DNA of 64,000 bases from the human T2T-CHM13v2.0 reference genome, Homo sapiens. This document shows, piece by piece, positions 58,701 to 64,000 of the stretch. The notes beneath the pieces are model-generated. The model worked only from the letters and a program-made list of their open reading frames with translations. It did not search any database and was not told where the DNA came from. The stretch lies in assembly GCF_009914755.1 (NCBI RefSeq), contig NC_060946.1; one strand, written 5' to 3'. A program made the position numbers and the translations under genes. The stretch's first letter is position 1, and the number at the start of each line of letters is the position of its first letter.

Positions 58701-61700
58701 AAGAATATATCTTCCCTTAAAAACTAGCCAGAAGCATTCTGAGAAACTTCTTTGTGATGCGTGTATTCAACTCACAGAGTTCAACCTTTATTCTGATTGG
58801 GCAGTTTTGAAACACACTTTTTGTAGAATCTGCAATTGGATATTTGGATCGCTTTGTGGCCTCTTGTGGAAAAGGAAATATCTTCATATAAAAACTACAG
58901 GGAATCATTTTGAGAAACTCCTTTGTGATTTGTGCTTTCAGCTCGCAGAGTTGAAACTTTCTTTTGATTGAGCAGTTTTGAAACACTCTTTTTGTAGAAT
59001 CTGCAAGTGGATATTTAGAGTGCTTTGACGCCTATGGTGGAAAAGGAAATATCTACACATGAAAACTACACAGAAGCATTCTGAGAAACTTCTTTATGTT
59101 GTGTGCATTCATCTCACAGAGTTGAACTTACTTTTTGTTGAGCAGTTTGGAAACACTCTTTTTGTAGAGTCTGCCATTGGATATTTGGAGCGCTGTGAAT
59201 CCTATGGTGGAAAAGGACATATATTCACATAAGAACTATAAAGCAGGTTTTCTAAAAACAAACTTGTGATGTGTGCATTCATCTCACAGAGGTTAGTGTT
59301 TCTTTTCTCCTATCAGTCTGGAAACTCTGTTCTTGTACAATCTCAAAGTGGGTATTTTTGAGCACTTTGAGGCCTATTGTGACAAAGGAAATATCTTCAC
59401 ATTCAAAGTTTAAAGAAAGTTTCTGAGATACTTCTTTGTGATATGTGTATTCATCTCACAGATTTGAACGTCTCTTTTAATTTAGCCCTTTGGAAACAGT
59501 CTTTTTGAAGAATCTGCAAACGGATATATGTGAGCACCTTGAGGCCTATGCAGGAAAAGAAGTATCTTCACAGAAAACTATAAAGAAGGTTTCTGAGAAA
59601 CTGTTTTGTGATGTCTGCATTCATCTAACAGAGGTAAACAATTATTTTCTTCGATCAGTTCTGAAACTCTGTTCTTGTAGGATCTGCTAAGGGACATTTT
59701 TGAGTGCCTAGAGCCCTATGGTGAAAAAGATATTGTCTTCACATAAAAACTAGACAGAAGCCTACTGAGAAACTTCTTGGTAATGTGTGCATTCATCTCA
59801 TAGAATTGTAACTTTCCTTTGATTAAACAGTTTAGAAACGTCTTTTTGTGGAATCTGTAAAGGGATATTTCTGATCACTTTGAGGCCTATGGTGAAACAG
59901 AAAGTATCTTCACATAAAAACTGACTAAAGATTTCTGAGAAACTGCTTTGTGATGTATGCATTCATCTCACAGAGTTCAACAATTCTTTTGATGGAGCAG
60001 TTGGGAAACCGCCTTTTTGTAGAATCTGCAAAGGGATATTTGTGAGCACTTTGAGGTCTATGGTTAAAAGGAAATATCTTCACATAAAAACTATAAAGAA
60101 CGTTTGTGAGAAACTTCTTTATGATGTGTGCATTCATCTCACAGAGTTGAACCATTCCTTTGACTCAGCAGTTTGGAAACAGTCTTTTTTTAGGATCTGC
60201 AAAGGGATATATTTGAGCACTTTAAGGCCCATGGTGAAAAAGGAAACACTTTCACATAAAAACAAGATAGATGCTTTCTGAGAATCATCTTTTTGATATT
60301 TGCATTTATCCCACAGAGGTGAGCCTTTCTTTTGATGAGCATTTTGGAAGCAGTATTTGGTAGAATTTCCAAAGGGTTATTAGTTAGTGTTTTGTGTCCT
60401 ATGTTGGAAAAGGAATTATTTTTACATAAAAACTAGACAGAATAATTCTGAGAAACTGCCTTGTGATGTGTGCTTTCATCTCACAGAAGTAACCATTTCT
60501 TTTCATTGAACAGATTGGAAATTCTGTTCTTGTAAAATCTGCAAAGGGATATTTGTCAGCACTTTGAGGCCTATGGTGAAAAAGGAATTATCTTCACATA
60601 AAAACTAGATGGAAGCTTTCTGTGAAACATCTTGGAGATACAAGAATTCATCTCACAGAGTTGAAACATTCTTTTGATTGGGCAGTTTGTAAACAGTATT
60701 TTGGTAGAATCTGCAAATGGATATTTGTGATGTTTTGAAACATATGGTGAAAACGAAATATTTTCACATGAAAACTAGAGAGAAGCTTTCTGAGAAACCT
60801 CCTTGTGATGTGTGCATTCATCTCACAGATTTGAAACTTTCTTTGGATTGAGCAATTTGGAAACAGTATTTTTGTAGAATCTGTAAAGGCATATCTGTGA
60901 GTGGTATGAGGCCTATGATGAAATAGGAAATATCTTCACATAAAAACTAGACAGAAGCTTTCCGAGAAACTTCTTTGTGATGTGTGCATTCATCTCATAG
61001 AGTTCAACCATTCTTTTGATTAAACAGTTTGGAAACAGTCTTTTTGTAGAATCTGCAAAGGGATATTTATGAGTGCTTTGAGGCCTATGGGGAAAAAGGA
61101 AATGTATTCACATAAAAAGTATAAACAAGGTTTCTCAGAAACAGCTTTATGATGTATGCATTCATCTCACAGAAGTAAACGTTTCTTTTCTCTGATCTGT
61201 CTGGAAACTGTTCTTGTAGATTCTGCAAAGGGATAATTGTGAGTGCTTTGAGGCCTATGGTGAAAAAGGAAATATCTTCACATAAAAATTAGAGAGAGGC
61301 TTTCTGAGAAACCTCTTTGTGATGTGGACATTCATCTCACAAAGTTGAAACTTACTTTTGATTGAGCAGTATGGAAACCGTCTGTGGAATCTGCAAAGGG
61401 ATATTTATGAGAGCTTTGAGGTCAATGGTGAAAGAGGAAATATATTCATATGAAAGGTATAAAGAAGGTTTCTTAGAAACAGCTTTGTGGTGTGTGCATT
61501 GATCTCAGAGAGGTAAACGTTTATTTTCTGTGATCAGTCGGGAAACTCTGTTCTTGTAGAATCTGCAAAGGGATATTTGTGAGTGCTTTGAGGCCTATGG
61601 TGAAAAAGGAAATATCTTCACATAAAAACTAGACAGAAGCTTTCTTAGTGGCTTCTTTGTGATGTGTGCAATCATCTCACAGAGTTGAACCATTCTTTTG

Positions 61701-63931
61701 ATTGAGCAGTCTGGAAAGAGTGTTTTTATAGAATCTTCAAGGGATATTTGTCACGACTTGGAGTGCTATGGTGAAAAAGGAAATATCTTCACATAAAAAA
61801 ATGGACAGAAGATTTCTGAGAAACCTCTTTGAGATGTGTGCATCCATCTCACAGAGTTTAACCATTTATTTGATTGAGCACTTTGGAAACAATCTTTTTG
61901 TAGAATCTGCAAAGGGATATTTTTGAGCACTTTGAGTCCTAGGGAGAAAAAAGAAATATCATCACATAAAAAGTATAAAGAAGGCTTCTGAGAAACAGTT
62001 TTGTGATGTGTGCATTCAACTCACAGAGAAAAACATTTGTTTTCTTTGATCAGTTTGGAAATTCTGTTCTTGTAGCATCTGCTAAGGGATAATTGTGAGC
62101 AGATGGAGGCCTATGGTGAAAAAGGAAATGTCTTCATATAAAAGTTAGACAGAAGCCTCCTGCGAAACTTCTTAGTGATTTGTGTATTCATCTCAGAGTT
62201 GAAACTTTCTATTCATTGAGCCATTTGGAAACAATCTTTTTGTAGACTCTGCAAATGGATATTTGGAGCACTTTGAGGCCTATGGTGAAAAATGAAATAT
62301 ATTCACATAAAAACCAGACTGAAAGTTTCTGAGAAACTTCTTTGAGATGTGTGCATTCATCTCACAAAGTTCAATAATTCTTTTTATTGAGTGATTTGGA
62401 AAAATCTTTTTGTAGAACCTGCAAAGAGATATTTGTGAGGGCTTTGAGGCTTATGGTGAAAAAGGAAATATCTTCACAGAAAAACCATAAAGAAGGTTTC
62501 TGAGAAACTTCTTTGTGATGTGTGCATTCATCTCACACAGTTCAACCTTTCTTTTGATTGAGCAGTTTGGAAACAGTCTTTTTAAATATTCTTCAAGTGG
62601 ATACTTGTGAGCACGTTGAGGCTCATGGGGAAAAAGGAAACATTCACATAAAAAATTAATAGAAGCTTTCTGAGAAACCACTTTTTGACATGTGCATTCA
62701 TCTCACAGAGTTGAACCTTTGTTTTGATTGAGCCATTTGGAAACAGTCTTTTTGTAGACTCTGCAAATGGATATTTGGAGCACTTTGAGGCCTATCACGA
62801 AAAAGGAAATATATTCACATAAAAACTAGACTGAAGGATTCTGAGAAACTTCTTTGAGCTGAGTGCATTCATCTGACAGTGTTCAATAATTCTTTTTATT
62901 GAGTGGTTTGGAAACAGTCTTTTTGTAGAATCTGCAAAGGGATATTTTTGAGGTCTTTGAGGCCTATGTTGAAAAAGGAAATATCTTCACAGAAAAACCA
63001 TAAAGAAAGTTTCTGAGAAACTTCTTTGGATGTGTGCATTCATCACACAGAGTTGAAATATTCTTTGGATTGAGCAGTTTCCAAACAGTCCTTTGTAGAA
63101 TCTACAGAGGGATATTTGTAGCACTTTGAGGCCTATGGTGAATAAGGAAATATATTCACATAAAAACTAGACAAAAGTTTTCTGAGAAACTTTTTTTGAT
63201 GTGTGCATTTATCTCGTAGAGTTTAACATTTGTTTTGATTGAGCAGTTTGGAAACAGTCTTTTTGTAGAATCTGCAAAGGGATATTTAGGAGCAAGTTGA
63301 GGCCTATGGTGGAAAAGGAAATATCTTCACATAAAAACTAGAAAGAAGCATTCTGAGAAGCTGCTTTAAGATATGTGTACTCATCTCACAGAGGTAAACA
63401 TTTCTTTTCATTGAGCAGTTTGTAAACTCTGTTATTCTGGAGTTTGCAAGGGATATTTTTGAGTGTTTTGAGACCCATGTTGAAAAAGGAAGTATCTTCA
63501 CATAAAAACTAGTGAGAAGCTTGCTGAGAAACTACTTTCTGATGTGTGCAGTCATCTAACAGAGTTGAAACTTTCTTTTGATTGAGCAGTTTGGAAACAG
63601 TCTTTTTGTAGACTCTGCAAAGGTATATTTGGGAGTTCATTGAGGCCTATATTCAAAAAGGAAATATCTTCAAATAAAACTGAGAAGGAAGTTTTCTGAG
63701 AAACTTCTTTGTGATGTACACATTCATCTCACAGGGTTGAACCATTCTGTTTATTGAGCAGTTTGGAAACAATCTTTTTGTAGAATCTGCAAAGGGATAT
63801 CTGTGAGTGCATTGAGGCATATGGTGAAAAAGGAAATATCTTCTTAAAAGTAGAAAGAAGTTTTCTGAGTAACTCATTTGTGACATGTGCATTTATCACA
63901 GAGAAGTAAAAGTTTCTTCCCATTAAGCAGT
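52731..63931 (+). repeat. Alpha satellite, more diverged 172 bp-type monomers, interleaved with 171 bp-type blocks until ~59230
   Basis: Diagnostics are ggaaacagtctttt, gcaaagggatatttgtgagc (one base longer than gcaagtggatatttggagc), ctatggtgaaaaagg and gaagctttctgag. Confidence 0.85.
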
Positions 63932-64000
63932 TAGTTTTTATGTGAAGGTATTTCCTTTTTCATCATAGACCTCAAACCGCCTACATATATCCCTTTGCAG
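63932..64000 (-). repeat. Alpha satellite, inverted orientation, 172 bp-type (runs off window)
   Basis: tagtttttatgtgaaggtatttcctttttcatcatagacctcaaac...atatccctttgcag is the reverse complement of the preceding monomer type. Confidence 0.85.

Overview
This is primate (hominoid, probably human) pericentromeric DNA, not a prokaryotic locus. About 90% is divergent ~171-172 bp alpha satellite without canonical CENP-B boxes, in several distinct monomer layers. It is interrupted by a full-length but dead L1PA3-type LINE-1 (~27550-33588, +) and a ~520 bp 5'-truncated L1PA3-type 3' fragment (~48321-48843, -). The satellite changes strand three times: at ~13813/13816, across the full-length L1, and at ~63931. 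I see no protein-coding gene, RNA gene or CRISPR array. The short ORFs in the track are satellite translation artefacts or L1 fragments. I found no evidence of a new biological system. The most notable signals are structural. The full-length L1 has no target-site duplication and joins oppositely oriented, different satellite layers. Two independent strand switches resume at the same base of the monomer. There are also young near-identical multi-monomer duplications, relic higher-order periodicities, and a fold-back templated insertion. All alignments were done by eye, so boundaries are approximate.
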